Assembly (NCBI GenBank): GCA_034659215.1
Contig: JAYEGS010000057.1
Location: forward strand, 1-55,787
Source: Pseudomonadota bacterium
GTDB taxonomy: Bacteria > Desulfobacterota > Anaeroferrophillalia > Anaeroferrophillales > Tharpellaceae
Length of the DNA stretch: 55,787 bases
Reading direction: 5' to 3'
How positions within the stretch are numbered: position 1 is the first letter of the stretch; each line of letters begins with the position of its first letter. Both the position numbers and the translations under genes were made by a program. Under the pieces are notes generated by a model. It did not search any database and was not told where the DNA came from. It was given only the letters and a program-made list of their open reading frames with translations. Below are positions 31,980-44,799 of this stretch, piece after piece.

Positions 31980-34900
31980 ATGGTAGTCCGGAATAGCCGT
32001 AACCTGCCTCGTCTGCGCTGTAATTTTGCGACCATTAAAGAAGTCGCAGAAGTCCCTTTTCTGCTTGATCTGCAACTCGACTCTTTTAAGCGTTTCCTTC
32101 AGGATGAAATTCCTCATGAGGATAGAGAAGATATTGGTCTTCAGGGTGTTTTCAAGAGTGTTTTCCCAATCAAGGACTTCTACGGTACCTCTTCTATTGA
32201 ATATGTCAGCTATAACTTCGGTACGCCACGTTATGACGACCGCGAATGTATGCTCAAAGGTCTGACCTATGCGGTACCCATTCGGGTTCGTATTCGCCTG
32301 ATTATCTGGGATATTGAAGAGGGCAGCGAGCAACGTTCGATACGAGATATTAAGGAGCAGGAGGTCTATTTCGGTGAAATTCCATTGATGAGTGAGAGGG
32401 GAACCTTTATTATCAATGGTACCGAGAGGGTTATCGTCAGTCAGCTTCATCGTTCACCCGGTGTCTTTTTTGCACAGGAAAAATCGAAAAGCACGGTCAG
32501 CGGGATGTCGTTGTACAGCGCGCGGGTGATACCCTATCGCGGTTCCTGGATCGATTTTGAATTTGACAATAAGGATCTCATTCATGTTCGTATCGACCGG
32601 CGCCGCAAATTACCGGCGACCGTACTCCTGCGAGCGCTAGGTTATTCGACAGAGGAGTTGTTAAATCTTTTTTACGACAGTGTTGTGGTTAATTGTTTGC
32701 CGGATGGTACTTACACTCGTGAGATAGATTATGAAAATACGGACTTAGTTGCTAGTTTTAAGGCTCGGGAAGATATTGTAGATCCTGAAAGTGGTGAAGT
32801 GCTGTTGCTTAAGGGTCGTAAAATCAGCAAGACGGCCTTACGTCGTATGAAGGCGGCCGAACTTAAAATTCTGCCGATGATGGATGACGAGTTGGTCAAC
32901 TCCTATGTTTCGCATGATGTCGTTGATCCGCAAACCGGAGAGGTTCTGCTTGAGTGCAATGAGGAGATCACGCCGGAAAAACTTGAGGATCTACAGGGCA
33001 GCGGCGTCGAAAGATTAGAAATTCTCTTTATCGATAATATCAATGTCGGCTCATATTTGCGCGACACCTTGTTGGTCGATAAAATTATCTTGAGTGAAGA
33101 AGAGCGGGAATCTGTTGTTCTTGGTGAGAAGAGTGAGAAGGAGCTTGAGGTTGAAAAAGCTAAACTCGAAATCTATCGGCGTTTGCGCCCTGGTGAGCCG
33201 CCAACGATTGATATTGCCGACGCCCTTTTTCAGAACCTTTTCTTTAATCCTGAGCGTTACGACCTCTCTCGTGTGGGCCGGCTTAAAATAAATCACAAGC
33301 TCGGAACCGATCAGCCGCTCGATTGCAAGACTTTGACGGCTGAAGATATCCTCGCTATAGTCAAATATCTGATCTCTTTGAGAACCGATAAAGGGGTTAT
33401 TGATGATATCGATCACCTCGGAAATCGCCGGGTTCGGACGGTTGGCGAGCTCATTGAAAATCAGTATCGAATCGGTCTGGTGCGGATGGAGAAATCAATT
33501 CGTGAGCGGATGAGCCTGCAGGAGATCGACACGGCGATGCCGCACGATTTGATTAACTCCAAACCGGTTAGTGCGGCGATTAAGGAGTTTTTCGGCAGCA
33601 GTCAGCTTTCTCAGTTCATGGATCAGACCAACCCGCTCTCCGAGATTACTCATAAGCGTCGTTTAAGTGCTTTGGGACCGGGGGGCTTGACTCGTGAGCG
33701 AGCTGGTTTTGAGGTTCGCGACGTTCATTTGACTCACTATGGCCGCCTTTGTCCGATTGAAACGCCTGAAGGTCCCAATATCGGATTGATCGCCTCTCTG
33801 GCAAGTTATGCCCGGGTTAATGAATTCGGTTTTATTGAAACGCCTTACCGGGTGGTAAGTGATGGCGTGGTCACTGATGAGGTACGCTATTTCTACGCCA
33901 TGGACGAGGATGATAAAATTATCGCCCAGGCGAGTGCCCCGCTTGATCCGGACGGGGGTTTTACTAATGAATTGGTGACCTGTCGCAAAGCTGGTGAATA
34001 CAGCTTTGAGCAGCGTGACAATATTGATCTTATGGATGTTTCGCCGCGGCAGCTGGTTAGTGTCGCCGCCTCGCTGATTCCATTTCTTGAACATGATGAT
34101 GCCAACCGGGCCTTGATGGGCTCAAATATGCAGCGCCAGGCCGTTCCTTTATTACGGACGGAAGCGCCGATGGTCGGAACCGGCATGGAAGGGCGCGTGG
34201 CGCTTGATTCCGGTATTGCGGTGGTTGCTAAAAGAAGCGGCTTTGTCGAGTATGTCGATTCGGGCAAGGTTATTATTCGGCATGAAGCGGAAAATGATGA
34301 GGATGAATTTGGCATCGACAGCTATCCTTTAGCGAAGTTCATGCGTTCAAATCAGAATACCTGTTTTAACCATATTCCTTTGATCAAAAGTGGTACTTTT
34401 GTTCAAGCCGGGGAGATTCTTGCGGATGGGCCTTCGATGGATATTGGCGAACTGGCTCTGGGCCAGAATGTCAAGATCGCCTTCATGCCGTGGGGTGGTT
34501 ATAACTTTGAAGATTCAATTTTGATCAATGAACGACTGATTAAGGATGACAAATTTACCTCTATCCATATCGAAGTTTGTGATGTGGTGGCCCGGGATAC
34601 CAAATTAGGACCGGAAGAGATTACCCGAGACATTCCCAACGTTGGTGACGAGGGCCTTGCCCATCTTGACCAGGATGGTATTGTTCATATCGGGGCTCAG
34701 GTCAGTCCCGGAGATATTCTGGTTGGTAAAATCACGCCGAAGGGAGAGACTCAGCTTTCCCCTGAAGAGAAACTTTTACGGGCTATTTTCGGTGAGAAGG
34801 CCGGTGAAGTCAGAGATACCTCGCTCAGGGTGTCGCCTGGAGTAAAAGGTGTGGTCATCAACACTAAAATCTTTTCTCGTAAAGGTTATGGTGGTGATGG

Positions 34901-36158
34901 GGGCTCTGATGAACGGGAACGTGATATCCAGGTGGTTAAACGCGAGGCGGACGAGGAGCTCTATTTTATTCGTCGCAGTGTGACGGCCAAGGTTCATAAA
35001 TTGCTGGACGGGCAGATCCTGGAAACCGACCTCAAGGGCGGAAAAGGAACCGTTGTCCTGAAAGCCGGGAGCAAACTTGAAGATGAAGATGTAGCAAAAA
35101 TTACGTTGACGATGTGTAGTAATCTGGTCTTGCGTGAGGCTTCAGAAGTAGAGGAGCAGATCGGCCGTCTGGTAAACTACATGGATCGTGAGATCGAGCG
35201 GGTTGATGCTTCAGTCGTTGAGAAAATCGAAACCCTGCGGCGGGGCGATGAACTGCAGCCCGGCGTCAATCAGATGGTGAAAATCTATATTGCGATCAAG
35301 CGCAAATTGTCGGTTGGCGACAAAATGTCGGGCCGCCATGGTAACAAAGGGGTGCTCTCGCGGATTGTCCCGGAAGAGGATATGCCCTATTTGGCTGATG
35401 GCTCAACCGTGGACATCGTCCTTAACCCTCTGGGTGTGCCTTCGCGCATGAACGTTGGCCAGGTGCTCGAAACTCATCTTGGCTGGGCCGCTCAGAGTTT
35501 GGGGCGTCAGATTGAAGAGATGATTGAAAAAGAGTATGGTAGCGATGCTTTGCGAGAAAAACTTGATCAAGTTTTTACTCATGATCAACGCTCTCTTGAT
35601 TGGCTGGCGGCAGCAACTGATGATGAAGTTCGTGAACAGGCGGTCAAATTGTCGGCTTATGTGCCGATGGCATCACCAGTGTTTGATGGTGCCGGCGAGC
35701 AGCGGATCAAGGACTGTCTGGAAAGCGCCGGCCTGCCGCGTAGTGGTCAGGTGATCTTGCATGACGGTCGTACCGGGGAGCCTTTTGAGCGTCCTGTAAC
35801 TGTGGGTTACATGTATATCCTTAAACTTCATCATCTGGTTGATGACAAGATGCATGCGCGTTCAATCGGGCCCTACTCTTTGGTGACTCAGCAGCCTTTG
35901 GGTGGTAAAGCCCAGTTTGGTGGGCAGCGTCTTGGAGAGATGGAGGTCTGGGCCCTCGAAGCCTATGGTGCCGCTTACTCCCTGCAGGAGTTCTTGACGG
36001 TTAAATCGGATGACGTTGCGGGGCGGACGAGGATGTATGAATCAATCGTTAAAGGTAAGCAGACCTTGGAGTCGGGCTTGCCTGAATCCTTCAATGTCTT
36101 GATTAAAGAGCTCCAGAGTCTCTGTCTGGATGTCGAGTTGGAGGAGGATAAATCATGA
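31980..36158 (+). CDS. rpoB: DNA-directed RNA polymerase subunit beta
   Basis: 1392 aa with conserved blocks throughout (e.g. [55 protein letters not shown]). Confidence 0.99.
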   Translation: MVVRNSRNLPRLRCNFATIKEVAEVPFLLDLQLDSFKRFLQDEIPHEDREDIGLQGVFKSVFPIKDFYGTSSIEYVSYNFGTPRYDDRECMLKGLTYAVPIRVRIRLIIWDIEEGSEQRSIRDIKEQEVYFGEIPLMSERGTFIINGTERVIVSQLHRSPGVFFAQEKSKSTVSGMSLYSARVIPYRGSWIDFEFDNKDLIHVRIDRRRKLPATVLLRALGYSTEELLNLFYDSVVVNCLPDGTYTREIDYENTDLVASFKAREDIVDPESGEVLLLKGRKISKTALRRMKAAELKILPMMDDELVNSYVSHDVVDPQTGEVLLECNEEITPEKLEDLQGSGVERLEILFIDNINVGSYLRDTLLVDKIILSEEERESVVLGEKSEKELEVEKAKLEIYRRLRPGEPPTIDIADALFQNLFFNPERYDLSRVGRLKINHKLGTDQPLDCKTLTAEDILAIVKYLISLRTDKGVIDDIDHLGNRRVRTVGELIENQYRIGLVRMEKSIRERMSLQEIDTAMPHDLINSKPVSAAIKEFFGSSQLSQFMDQTNPLSEITHKRRLSALGPGGLTRERAGFEVRDVHLTHYGRLCPIETPEGPNIGLIASLASYARVNEFGFIETPYRVVSDGVVTDEVRYFYAMDEDDKIIAQASAPLDPDGGFTNELVTCRKAGEYSFEQRDNIDLMDVSPRQLVSVAASLIPFLEHDDANRALMGSNMQRQAVPLLRTEAPMVGTGMEGRVALDSGIAVVAKRSGFVEYVDSGKVIIRHEAENDEDEFGIDSYPLAKFMRSNQNTCFNHIPLIKSGTFVQAGEILADGPSMDIGELALGQNVKIAFMPWGGYNFEDSILINERLIKDDKFTSIHIEVCDVVARDTKLGPEEITRDIPNVGDEGLAHLDQDGIVHIGAQVSPGDILVGKITPKGETQLSPEEKLLRAIFGEKAGEVRDTSLRVSPGVKGVVINTKIFSRKGYGGDGGSDERERDIQVVKREADEELYFIRRSVTAKVHKLLDGQILETDLKGGKGTVVLKAGSKLEDEDVAKITLTMCSNLVLREASEVEEQIGRLVNYMDREIERVDASVVEKIETLRRGDELQPGVNQMVKIYIAIKRKLSVGDKMSGRHGNKGVLSRIVPEEDMPYLADGSTVDIVLNPLGVPSRMNVGQVLETHLGWAAQSLGRQIEEMIEKEYGSDALREKLDQVFTHDQRSLDWLAAATDDEVREQAVKLSAYVPMASPVFDGAGEQRIKDCLESAGLPRSGQVILHDGRTGEPFERPVTVGYMYILKLHHLVDDKMHARSIGPYSLVTQQPLGGKAQFGGQRLGEMEVWALEAYGAAYSLQEFLTVKSDDVAGRTRMYESIVKGKQTLESGLPESFNVLIKELQSLCLDVELEEDKS

Positions 36159-39100
36159 GAGATGTCTTAAGTTTTTTTCAGAAACCCAAAGATGCCTTGA
36201 AGTTCAATTCCCTGCGGATTAAACTGGCGTCGCCGGAGAAAATTCGGAGTTGGTCATTTGGTGAGGTAAAAAAGCCTGAAACCGTCAATTACCGTACGTT
36301 TAAACCGGAACGGGATGGTCTCTTCTGTGCCAAAATATTTGGCCCTGTAAAAGATTTCGAGTGTAACTGCGGTAAATATAAACGCATGAAACACCGGGGC
36401 ATAGTCTGTGAGAAATGTGGTGTTGAAGTTATCCAGTCGAAGGTTCGGCGGGTGCGTATGGGTCATATTGAACTCGCATCCCCAGTCGCGCATATCTGGT
36501 TTTTGAAAAGTCTGCCGAGCCGTATTGCTCTGTTGCTGGATAAAACCTTAAAGGATGTAGAGCGGATTCTCTACTTTGAGAACTATGTTGTTCTTGATGC
36601 CGGAGATGCCGATGAGATCGTCAAAGGCCAGCTTGTTTCTGAAGATGAGTTCTTGCTCCTTGATGAGAAATATGCTGATAAAATTCGCTGTGGAATCGGG
36701 GCCGAAGCGGTTAAGGAGATGTTGCAGGAGATCGATCTTGAGGGTGAGCGGGTTAAGTTACGTCAGGATATGATCGAGACCGGCTCCGAGGCCAAAAAGA
36801 AGAAAATAGCCAAGCGTCTTAAAATTATTGATGATTTTCGCAAATCAGGGAATTTGCCGGAGTGGATGATCATGGATGTGATTCCGATTCTGCCGCCCGA
36901 TTTGCGCCCCTTGGTACCTCTTGATGGTGGTCGATTTGCGACCTCTGATCTTAACGACCTCTATCGTCGGGTCATCAACCGCAATAATCGTCTCAAACGA
37001 TTGATTGAACTTAAAGCTCCGTGGATTATTATCTGTAATGAAAAGAGGATGCTGCAGGAGTCGGTTGACGCCCTCTTTGACAATGGTCGACGGGGTCGGG
37101 CGATCAGTGGAGCCAATAAACGCCCCTTGAAATCATTAAGTGACATGTTGAAAGGGAAGCAGGGACGTTTTCGTCAGAATCTGCTTGGTAAACGGGTTGA
37201 TTACTCCGGTCGTTCAGTAATTGTTGTCGGTCCTGAGTTGCGTCTGCATCAGTGCGGATTGCCCAAGAAGATGGCACTCGAACTCTTTAAACCTTTTATC
37301 TATAACCGGTTACTTGATCGTGGCCATGTGACCACGATCAAAAGTGCCAAGAAGATGGTGGAGTTGGAGAGCTCCGAGGTATGGGATCTTCTCGAAGAGG
37401 TTATTACCGAACATCCGGTTCTCCTCAATCGAGCTCCGACCCTGCATCGACTTGGGATTCAGGCTTTTGAACCGGTTTTGACGGAAGGCAAAGCGATACG
37501 TTTACACCCCTTGGTCTGCAGCGCTTATAATGCTGACTTTGATGGTGACCAGATGGCCGTACATGTGCCGTTGTCGGTTGAAGCCCAGACTGAAGCCCGG
37601 GTTTTGATGATGTCGACCAACAATATTCTCTCACCTGCCAATGGGCGTCCCGTGATTATCCCGACTCAGGATATCGTTTTAGGGATCTACTGGTTGACCA
37701 GAGATCGACCTTTTGCCTCTGGAACCGGAACCCTCTACAGTACTCCGGGTGAGGTGCGTATGGCCTATGATGCCGGAGCTGTGGATCTCCAGGCCGTTAT
37801 TAAAGTGATGATGGAAGGTCAATTGACTGAAACTACGGTCGGCCGCGTTCTGTTGCACGAGATCGTTCCGGGTGAGATTGAGTTCTCCTCTTATAACGAA
37901 ACCTTAACCAAGAAGAGTATTTCGGTTCTTTTCGAGAGGATATATCTGAAAGCCGGTGATAAAAAATCAGTCATCTTCGCCGATCGGATCAAGGATCTGG
38001 GCTATAAGGTTGCAACTCAGGCGGCCATCTCGATCGGGATTGATGATCTGGAGATTCCGAAGAGTAAGAGTGATTTGATTGGTGATGCGAACGAAAAGGT
38101 TCTCGAAATCGAGCGCCAAATCAATAATGGTCTAATTACCTCCGGCGAGCGTTACAATAAATTGGTTGACATCTGGTCGAAAACCACCGATCTGGTGGCC
38201 AACGCGATGATGGATACTATCAGTAAAGATATAGTAGAAGATGAAGAAGGCGAGCTGCAAGAGGTTAAATCCTTTAACTCGGTCTATATGATGGCCGATT
38301 CAGGGGCTCGTGGCAGCCAACAGCAGATCCGGCAGCTGGCCGGGATGCGCGGATTGATGGCTAAACCTTCCGGCGAGATTATTGAAAATCCGATTATCGC
38401 CAACTTCCGTGAAGGGCTTAACGTTCTTCAGTATTTTGTTTCGACTCACGGAGCTCGTAAAGGTCTGGCCGATACGGCCTTGAAAACTGCGAACTCAGGT
38501 TACTTGACCCGGCGTCTGGTTGATGTTGCTCAGGATGCGGTAGTCAGCGAAATTGATTGCGGCACCTTGGACGGTATCTTTGTGACCCCGTTGACCGAGG
38601 GTGGTGAAATTATTGAAACGGTTGCGGCTCGGGTTCTCGGAAGGGTTGCCCAGGATGATATTGTTTCGCCGATCACCGGCGAGATTATTGTTGAAGCCGA
38701 TCAGGAGATAACTGAGGAGCTGGCCGAACAGATCGATGTTTCCGGTATCGACCGAATACGGATTCGTTCGGTTTTGACCTGTCAGTCCAAAAAAGGTATC
38801 TGTGCCTACTGTTATGGTCGTGATTTAGCTCGTGGGCGAGTTGTTAATATAGGTGAGTCGGTCGGGGTTATCGCGGCTCAGTCAATTGGTGAACCAGGTA
38901 CGCAGCTGACGATGCGGACATTCCATATCGGCGGCACCGCCAGCAGTGCGGTTGAACAATCCGCGCTTGAAGCCAAACTGGGTGGTCAAATCCGGTTTAT
39001 AAAACTTGATACGGTGCGTAATCGAGACGGTAAACTGGTGGCTATGAACCGTAATGGTGAGATTGCGGTGGTTGATCGGAGTGGTAATGTTAAAGAGCGC

Positions 39101-40336
39101 CACAAGGTTGTCTTCGGAGCTATCCTGCACGTCGAAGAGGGGATGGAAATTAAGCCCGGGCAGCTCTTGTCCGAGTGGGATCCCTTCTCCATCCCGACCA
39201 TGACTGCGGTCAGTGGTAAGGTTAAGTATGGTGACCTGATCGAAGGGGTAACCGTAACCGAGCAGGTTGATCAGCAGACCCGGATGTCGCGGCGGGTTGT
39301 AACCGAAACCCGAAATGCTGATTTGCGTCCCCGGCTCTCAATTAAAGATGAGAAAAACCGAACCCTGAAAGTTGGCGATCGTGGTGAAGCGCGTTATAAT
39401 TTCTCCCCCGGAATCCATATTATGGTGGCCGATGGTGAGGAGGTTCTGGCTGGTGATATTGTTGCGACCAAACCTCGGGATACAACGAAAACCAAGGATA
39501 TTACCGGTGGTTTGCCCCGGGTTGCGGAGCTCTTTGAGGCTCGTAAGCCGAAAGAGATCTCGGTTATTGCCGAGATTGACGGGATTGTCTCTTTGGGTAA
39601 AATGACAAAGGGCAAACAGAAGGTTATTGTCACTCCGGAGATCGGAGATCCGGTTGAACACGTGATTCCGAAAGGGAAATACCTGATCGTCCATGAAGGC
39701 GATATGGTGGCTGTCGGTGAGCCCTTGGTCGATGGCTCCATCGATCCGCATGATATCCTGAGGGTCTTAGGGGTTAAAGAGCTGGCCAAATATATTGTCA
39801 ACGAAGTCCAGGAGGTCTATCGTCTGCAGGGGGTTGGCATCAATGATAAACATATCGAGGTCATTGTCCGTCAGATGTTGCGGCGGATCAAGGTGGTTGA
39901 TCCCGGTGAAACCGTTATGCTGGTCGATGAGACGGTCGAAAAACATGCTTTTGAAGAGGAGAATCGCAAAGCTGTGGCCGAAGGTCTGCAGCCGGCGGTT
40001 GGTGAACCTCTTTTCTTAGGGATAACCAAGGCCTCTTTGAGTACCGATAGCTTTATTTCGGCCGCATCCTTCCAGGAGACGACCAAGGTTCTGACTCAGG
40101 CCAGTGTCGCCGGTAAGGTTGATAACCTGATTGGGCTCAAAGAGAATGTTATTATGGGCCGTCTGATTCCAGCCGGTTCCGGACAGCGTTGTTATCGTAA
40201 CCTTAAGGTTCGGATGAGTGAAGAGGATGAACAGCTTATCAAAGATGCTGTGGCTGCTGAAGCTGAAACGGCTGAATCCGCCTTGTTGTTAAATGAGGGT
40301 GCTCAAGCAGTCGTGGCTGAGGATACAGCCTCCTAG
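36155..40336 (+). CDS. rpoC: DNA-directed RNA polymerase subunit beta-prime
   Basis: 1393 aa. Zinc motif [20 protein letters not shown] and catalytic [12 protein letters not shown]. Overlaps rpoB by 4 nt (ATGA). Confidence 0.99.
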   Translation: MRDVLSFFQKPKDALKFNSLRIKLASPEKIRSWSFGEVKKPETVNYRTFKPERDGLFCAKIFGPVKDFECNCGKYKRMKHRGIVCEKCGVEVIQSKVRRVRMGHIELASPVAHIWFLKSLPSRIALLLDKTLKDVERILYFENYVVLDAGDADEIVKGQLVSEDEFLLLDEKYADKIRCGIGAEAVKEMLQEIDLEGERVKLRQDMIETGSEAKKKKIAKRLKIIDDFRKSGNLPEWMIMDVIPILPPDLRPLVPLDGGRFATSDLNDLYRRVINRNNRLKRLIELKAPWIIICNEKRMLQESVDALFDNGRRGRAISGANKRPLKSLSDMLKGKQGRFRQNLLGKRVDYSGRSVIVVGPELRLHQCGLPKKMALELFKPFIYNRLLDRGHVTTIKSAKKMVELESSEVWDLLEEVITEHPVLLNRAPTLHRLGIQAFEPVLTEGKAIRLHPLVCSAYNADFDGDQMAVHVPLSVEAQTEARVLMMSTNNILSPANGRPVIIPTQDIVLGIYWLTRDRPFASGTGTLYSTPGEVRMAYDAGAVDLQAVIKVMMEGQLTETTVGRVLLHEIVPGEIEFSSYNETLTKKSISVLFERIYLKAGDKKSVIFADRIKDLGYKVATQAAISIGIDDLEIPKSKSDLIGDANEKVLEIERQINNGLITSGERYNKLVDIWSKTTDLVANAMMDTISKDIVEDEEGELQEVKSFNSVYMMADSGARGSQQQIRQLAGMRGLMAKPSGEIIENPIIANFREGLNVLQYFVSTHGARKGLADTALKTANSGYLTRRLVDVAQDAVVSEIDCGTLDGIFVTPLTEGGEIIETVAARVLGRVAQDDIVSPITGEIIVEADQEITEELAEQIDVSGIDRIRIRSVLTCQSKKGICAYCYGRDLARGRVVNIGESVGVIAAQSIGEPGTQLTMRTFHIGGTASSAVEQSALEAKLGGQIRFIKLDTVRNRDGKLVAMNRNGEIAVVDRSGNVKERHKVVFGAILHVEEGMEIKPGQLLSEWDPFSIPTMTAVSGKVKYGDLIEGVTVTEQVDQQTRMSRRVVTETRNADLRPRLSIKDEKNRTLKVGDRGEARYNFSPGIHIMVADGEEVLAGDIVATKPRDTTKTKDITGGLPRVAELFEARKPKEISVIAEIDGIVSLGKMTKGKQKVIVTPEIGDPVEHVIPKGKYLIVHEGDMVAVGEPLVDGSIDPHDILRVLGVKELAKYIVNEVQEVYRLQGVGINDKHIEVIVRQMLRRIKVVDPGETVMLVDETVEKHAFEEENRKAVAEGLQPAVGEPLFLGITKASLSTDSFISAASFQETTKVLTQASVAGKVDNLIGLKENVIMGRLIPAGSGQRCYRNLKVRMSEEDEQLIKDAVAAEAETAESALLLNEGAQAVVAEDTAS

Positions 40337-40356
40337 TTTGAAAGGGAAAACTGATA

Positions 40357-41424
40357 ATGAGCGGAGATAGTCGCGTTTATCGCGTTCTTGATGTAAACTT
40401 TAATCGTTTGCGTGAGGGGCTGCGCGTGGTTGAAGACTACAGCCGCTTGGTTTGTGACGATAGTCTGGCCCTGCAGATCAAAGATATGCGTCACCGTTTG
40501 CGACGATTAATTGATGAAAAGCTGACGCTTGCCTGCCTTGGAGAGCGGCGGGCGGCGACCGATATCGGTCGCCATACTTTTACCGATTCTGAGGCTGAAC
40601 GAACTGATTGGCAGGCAATTCTTCTGGCTAATCTAAAAAGAGCGCAAGAGGCGGCCCGGGTCATTGAAGAGTGCAGCAAACTGGTAGACGAACCGCAACT
40701 CTCCCAAGGGGTTAAAGCTCTCCGTTTTGATCTTTATGAACTTGAGCGAGGTGTAATCGGTTCACGGGCGGCCAAGGTTCGAGATTGGTTTGGCTTAACC
40801 GATAAAAAGGCTGCCGCCCTTTATTTGGTTGCCGATGAAAATTTTTATTCCGGTTCTGATCTGATCGCTGATCTTAGAGCGGTGCTTGAGGCCGGGGTTG
40901 ATTTTTTGCAATGGCGTCAGAAACAGGGTAGTGACAGCTCCTTTTTGGCAAAGGCGCGAGAGGTGGGAGCACTTTGTCGGGAGTATAAGACCCCTTTTGT
41001 GGTCAATGATCGGCCCGATATTGCGCTTTTGGTTGAGGCTGATGCCTTGCATCTGGGCCAGGATGATTTGCCGATTGCAGCCGCCCGAAGTCTCGTGGGT
41101 TCTCAGATGCCGATTGGTCGTTCAACCCACTCATTGTCGCAAGCTCTGGCAGCTGAGGCCGAAGGGGCTGATTATATTGGTTTTGGCCCGATTTTTAAGA
41201 CCCCGAGCAAGGCCAATCCCGACCCCGAAGTCGGGATTGACGGTTTGCTTGAAGTTTTGCAACACGTATCACTGCCGGTGGTGGCGATTGGTGGTCTTGA
41301 TGAAAGTAATATTGCAGAGGTCGCAGGCAGCAAAGTTGCTACGGTAGCTGTAATCAGGGCGATTCTCAAGGCTGACCGTCCGGCTGAAATGGTTGGCCGC
41401 ATACGCTCATTAATTGGTTTTTAG
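40357..41424 (+). CDS. thiE: Thiamine-phosphate synthase (ThiE) with an N-terminal extension domain of about 150 aa
   Basis: The C-terminal 200 aa carry TMP-TENI motifs (LQWRQK, PFVVNDRPDIAL, ADALHLGQDDL, IGRSTH, DYIGFGPIF.T.SK, VAIGGL). The N-terminal helical domain YRVLDVNFNRLREGLRVVEDY is an add-on seen in some anaerobe ThiE proteins. Confidence 0.85.
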   Translation: MSGDSRVYRVLDVNFNRLREGLRVVEDYSRLVCDDSLALQIKDMRHRLRRLIDEKLTLACLGERRAATDIGRHTFTDSEAERTDWQAILLANLKRAQEAARVIEECSKLVDEPQLSQGVKALRFDLYELERGVIGSRAAKVRDWFGLTDKKAAALYLVADENFYSGSDLIADLRAVLEAGVDFLQWRQKQGSDSSFLAKAREVGALCREYKTPFVVNDRPDIALLVEADALHLGQDDLPIAAARSLVGSQMPIGRSTHSLSQALAAEAEGADYIGFGPIFKTPSKANPDPEVGIDGLLEVLQHVSLPVVAIGGLDESNIAEVAGSKVATVAVIRAILKADRPAEMVGRIRSLIGF

Positions 41425-41443
41425 TCAGAGGACAACAGATTTT

Positions 41444-42748
41444 ATGACTCAGATGATTGCCGCTCGTCGGGGCGATATTACGCCTGAAATGGAACAGGTT
41501 CTTGCAACGGAGACAATTTCTGCGACTGACCTGTTGGCTCGGGTAGCGGCCGGAACGATTGCCATACCGGCCAACCGAAATCATAAAAACCTAACGGCTT
41601 ATGGTATTGGCCAGGGGCTGAAAGTAAAAATTAATGCTAATATCGGCACCTCATCTGATGCTTCCGATCTCGATAATGAACTGCTTAAGCTAAAAGCAGC
41701 GATCGATTGCGGTGCTCATGCCATGATGGATTTAAGTACCGGTGGTGATCTTGACCAGGTTATGAGAGCCATCTTTGCGCACTGCTCGGTTCCTTTGGGT
41801 ACGGTGCCGATCTATCGCGTGGCCCAGGAAGGCGTGCAGAAACATGGCTTCTTTGGTGACGTCACCGTCGATGAGATGTTTGCTGTTATTGAACGCCAAG
41901 CTCAGCTCGGAATTGACTTTATGACGATTCATTCCGGCGTCAATCTGCGCACTCTGGAGAGTCTTAGAGAGTGTGGCCGGGTAACCGATGTGGTTAGTCG
42001 GGGTGGCGCTTTTATGGTCGAATGGATGGTCTATAATGAACAGGAAAATCCTTTTTTCGAGCACTATGATCGTCTTCTGGAAATTGCTTTAAAATACGAT
42101 GTAACATTGAGTCTGGGCGATGGCTTGCGGCCCGGATGCTTAGCTGATGCAACCGACCGGCCGCAACTGCAAGAGCTCATCTATCTTGGTGAACTTACCG
42201 ACCGGGCTTGGCAAGCCGGGGTTCAAGTGATGATTGAGGGGCCCGGTCATGTCCCCTTAAACCAAGTTGAAACCAACATTAAACTGCAAAAGAGCCTCTG
42301 TAAAGGAGCGCCTTTTTATGTGTTGGGTCCACTGGTTACCGATATTGCTCCGGGATATGATCATATTACTTCAGCCATTGGCGGCGCCGTCGCTGCTGCC
42401 GCCGGAGCTGATTTCCTCTGTTATGTGACCCCGGCCGAGCATCTTTGCCTGCCCAATGTTGCTGATGTCAAAGAGGGTGTTATTGCTTGTCTGATTGCCG
42501 CCCATGCCGGTGACATTGCTCGCGGGTTGCCCGGAGCTCTGGATTGGGATCGGCAGATGGCGGAGAAACGTAAAACGCTTGATTGGCAGGGCCAGATCGA
42601 TCTGGCTATTGATCCGGTACGGGCTCGGGCTCGGCGTGAAGAGAGTATGCCGACAGATGAAGAAGTTTGTACAATGTGTGGTGAGTTTTGCGCCATCAAA
42701 AAGGTAGATGCTTACCTGCATCCCAAAGATAACGATGAGGTTAAATAA
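41444..42748 (+). CDS. thiC: Phosphomethylpyrimidine synthase ThiC (short form)
   Basis: [16 protein letters not shown]..., NANIGTS, DLSTGG, and the C-terminal [11 protein letters not shown] cluster motif. Confidence 0.95.
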   Translation: MTQMIAARRGDITPEMEQVLATETISATDLLARVAAGTIAIPANRNHKNLTAYGIGQGLKVKINANIGTSSDASDLDNELLKLKAAIDCGAHAMMDLSTGGDLDQVMRAIFAHCSVPLGTVPIYRVAQEGVQKHGFFGDVTVDEMFAVIERQAQLGIDFMTIHSGVNLRTLESLRECGRVTDVVSRGGAFMVEWMVYNEQENPFFEHYDRLLEIALKYDVTLSLGDGLRPGCLADATDRPQLQELIYLGELTDRAWQAGVQVMIEGPGHVPLNQVETNIKLQKSLCKGAPFYVLGPLVTDIAPGYDHITSAIGGAVAAAAGADFLCYVTPAEHLCLPNVADVKEGVIACLIAAHAGDIARGLPGALDWDRQMAEKRKTLDWQGQIDLAIDPVRARARREESMPTDEEVCTMCGEFCAIKKVDAYLHPKDNDEVK

Positions 42749-43146
42749 TGAAACCGTTAGATTTTACAAAACTTGACGGCCTGATCACGGCTGTAGCTCA
42801 GGACTACCAAACCAACGAAGTTCTGATGCTTGCTTTTATGAACCCTGAAGCTTGGGAAGAGACCGTGAAAACCGGCCGGGCTTGCTACTATAGCCGCAGC
42901 CGTAAACGGCTCTGGCGCAAAGGTGAGGAGTCGGGTAACGTTCAGATAGTCAAAGAAATTTTTATCGATTGTGATCGTGATGCCGTGGTTATGAAAGTCG
43001 AGCAGATTGGTGGGGCGGCTTGTCATGTTGGTTACAATAGCTGCTTCTATACTAAGATTGAGTCGGACGGCAGTGAAAAAATTATTAAAGCTGAAAAAGT
43101 TTTCGATCCGGAAAAAGTCTACGGAAAAAAGGACGTTAAAAAATGA
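42748..43146 (+). CDS. hisI: Phosphoribosyl-AMP cyclohydrolase
   Basis: [41 protein letters not shown]...CH.GY.SCFY. The start overlaps the thiC stop (TAATG). Confidence 0.9.
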   Translation: MKPLDFTKLDGLITAVAQDYQTNEVLMLAFMNPEAWEETVKTGRACYYSRSRKRLWRKGEESGNVQIVKEIFIDCDRDAVVMKVEQIGGAACHVGYNSCFYTKIESDGSEKIIKAEKVFDPEKVYGKKDVKK

Positions 43147-44012
43147 AATTACGTGTTGGAATTCCCAAGGGTTCGTTACAGGATGCGACTATCGACCTTT
43201 TTAAAAATGCCGGTTACAAGATAACCACCAGTTCACGCTCATATTTTCCGACAATTGATGATCCCGAGATCGAATGTATGCTGATTCGGGCTCAGGAGAT
43301 GGCGCGTTATGTCGAGAGCGGGATTCTTGATATCGGCATCACCGGGCATGATTGGGTTGTTGAAAATGGTTCTGATGTCGTTGAAATGACCGAGCTTCAA
43401 TATGCCAAAGTGACCTTCAATAAAGTGCGCTGGGTGCTGGCCGCTAAAGCGGGCGGGGATATTCGTTCGGTGAAAGACCTCGAAGGCAAGACGATTGCGA
43501 CCGAGGTGGTTAATCTATCGAAGAAATACTTGGCTGAACATGGGGTTTCGGCTAAGGTCGAGTACTCTTACGGGGCGACTGAAGTTAAAGTTCCGCATCT
43601 TGCCGATGCGATTATCGAAATCACCGAGACCGGTTCCTCTTTAAGGGCGAATAACCTTGAAATTATCGACACGGTGCTTGAAACCACAACCGTTCTCATA
43701 GCCAATCACAAACTTGCCGAAGATAGCTGGAAAAAAGATAAGGTTGAGCGGCTCATCATGCTTTTGCAAAGTGCCCTCGAATCCCGCAACCGGGTCGGCG
43801 TCATGTTTAATGTTGAACAGAATAAACTTGACGAAGCGATTAAACTTCTGCCACCGGCCAAGGTGCCGACGGTATCCAATTTGATGGATAAAGAGTGGGT
43901 TGACGTCTTTGTCGTTCTGCGTAAATCCGTAGTTCGGGATATTATCCCGGCGCTCAAGGCTCTCGGAGCCCAGAGCATTGTCGAGTTTCCCTTAAGTAAA
44001 TTCATCGAGTAG
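43143..44012 (+). CDS. hisG: ATP phosphoribosyltransferase, long form
   Basis: [13 protein letters not shown]..., DIGITGHDW, and [11 protein letters not shown], plus a C-terminal regulatory domain (289 aa in total). ATGA overlap with hisI. Confidence 0.92.
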   Translation: MKLRVGIPKGSLQDATIDLFKNAGYKITTSSRSYFPTIDDPEIECMLIRAQEMARYVESGILDIGITGHDWVVENGSDVVEMTELQYAKVTFNKVRWVLAAKAGGDIRSVKDLEGKTIATEVVNLSKKYLAEHGVSAKVEYSYGATEVKVPHLADAIIEITETGSSLRANNLEIIDTVLETTTVLIANHKLAEDSWKKDKVERLIMLLQSALESRNRVGVMFNVEQNKLDEAIKLLPPAKVPTVSNLMDKEWVDVFVVLRKSVVRDIIPALKALGAQSIVEFPLSKFIE

Positions 44013-44026
44013 AGATCTATGATCCA

Positions 44027-44068
44027 GGAGGCTGTCTGTGAGAAAATTTTTATTCTCTGACAACCTCC
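44027..44068. repeat. Mini-derivative of MITE family A (two terminal repeats joined), forming a hairpin after hisG
   Basis: GGAGGCTGTCTGTGAGAA aatttttat TCTCTGACAACCTCC resembles the family A termini with the interior deleted. It lies 15 nt after the hisG stop. Confidence 0.55.
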
Positions 44069-44231
44069 TGGTCGGTATTTGATAAAGAGCTTGACAGTAA
44101 AGCGCTTTTCTGGTACCTGCTACCGCTCCTTGGGAAAACCGGTTTTTGTCTAAGAGGTTGTTCTAAGGGTGAAGAGATAAATAAAAAAGAAATAGCTGCA
44201 GTTAACCTGTGGCATTATCGGAGGATAAGTT

Positions 44232-44522
44232 TTGGCTAATCATAAATCAGCCCTTAAAAGAATCAAACAGAGTGAAAAAAAACGCCTGCGCAATCGCCAG
44301 GTTAATTCGCAATTAAAAACAGTACTTAAATCATTTTACAGCGCTGTAGACGAGAAGACCGAAGCTACTGATTTGGTTGAAGTCCACCGGAAAACAGTTT
44401 CCGAGATTGGTCGGGCCGCAAGCAAAGGAATCATGCATAAAAGAACCGCAGATCGCAAGATCTCCCGGATCACTCTCCATATGCAAAAATCCCAGGCGCA
44501 AGCTGCGCCGGTAGTCGGATAG
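44232..44522 (+). CDS. rpsT: 30S ribosomal protein S20
   Basis: TTG start. MANHKSALKRIKQSEKKRLRNRQVNSQLKT is the canonical S20 N-terminus. Confidence 0.93.
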   Translation: MANHKSALKRIKQSEKKRLRNRQVNSQLKTVLKSFYSAVDEKTEATDLVEVHRKTVSEIGRAASKGIMHKRTADRKISRITLHMQKSQAQAAPVVG

Positions 44523-44570
44523 TAAGCTTTACTCCGGCGTTTTTTGCCGTAAGTCAAATAAAATAAAAAA

Positions 44571-44604
44571 GCATCATCCCGGTAGCCGGGGTGATGCTTT
44601 TTTT
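44571..44604. terminator. Bidirectional intrinsic terminator (A-run, 12-bp stem, T-run)
   Basis: AAAAAA GCATCATCCCGG tag CCGGGGTGATGC TTTTTTT, between the convergent genes rpsT and tyrS. Confidence 0.8.
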
Positions 44605-44799
44605 GTCCAAGAAATTTTTCCAACCATCTCGATGCGACGGATGCCCCAAGAGCACTTCCTCTCTTCGCTCGGGCGCAGCCTCCAGACCGGGCTTCAGCCC
44701 GTGGCGGGCTGAGCCGTGTCCCCCTCGAAGTGGGCGAAGCGATGCTCCTTCTAACTTCTGCTGCTTAATGGGGTTACTGACAACGGCTGCATTAGTTTA

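Noticed and set aside
31959-40086. Many antisense or alternate-frame ORFs of 60-160 aa inside rpoB and rpoC (e.g. 31959-32450, 33663-34094, 33893-34315, 39338-39801)
   Set aside because: They are embedded in genes that are unmistakably conserved. They have no RBS or recognisable motifs. ORFs of this size are expected by chance in long GC-balanced genes.
44336-44623. 95-aa ORF antisense to rpsT
   Set aside because: It lies opposite a clearly identified ribosomal protein gene and extends through the terminator hairpin.
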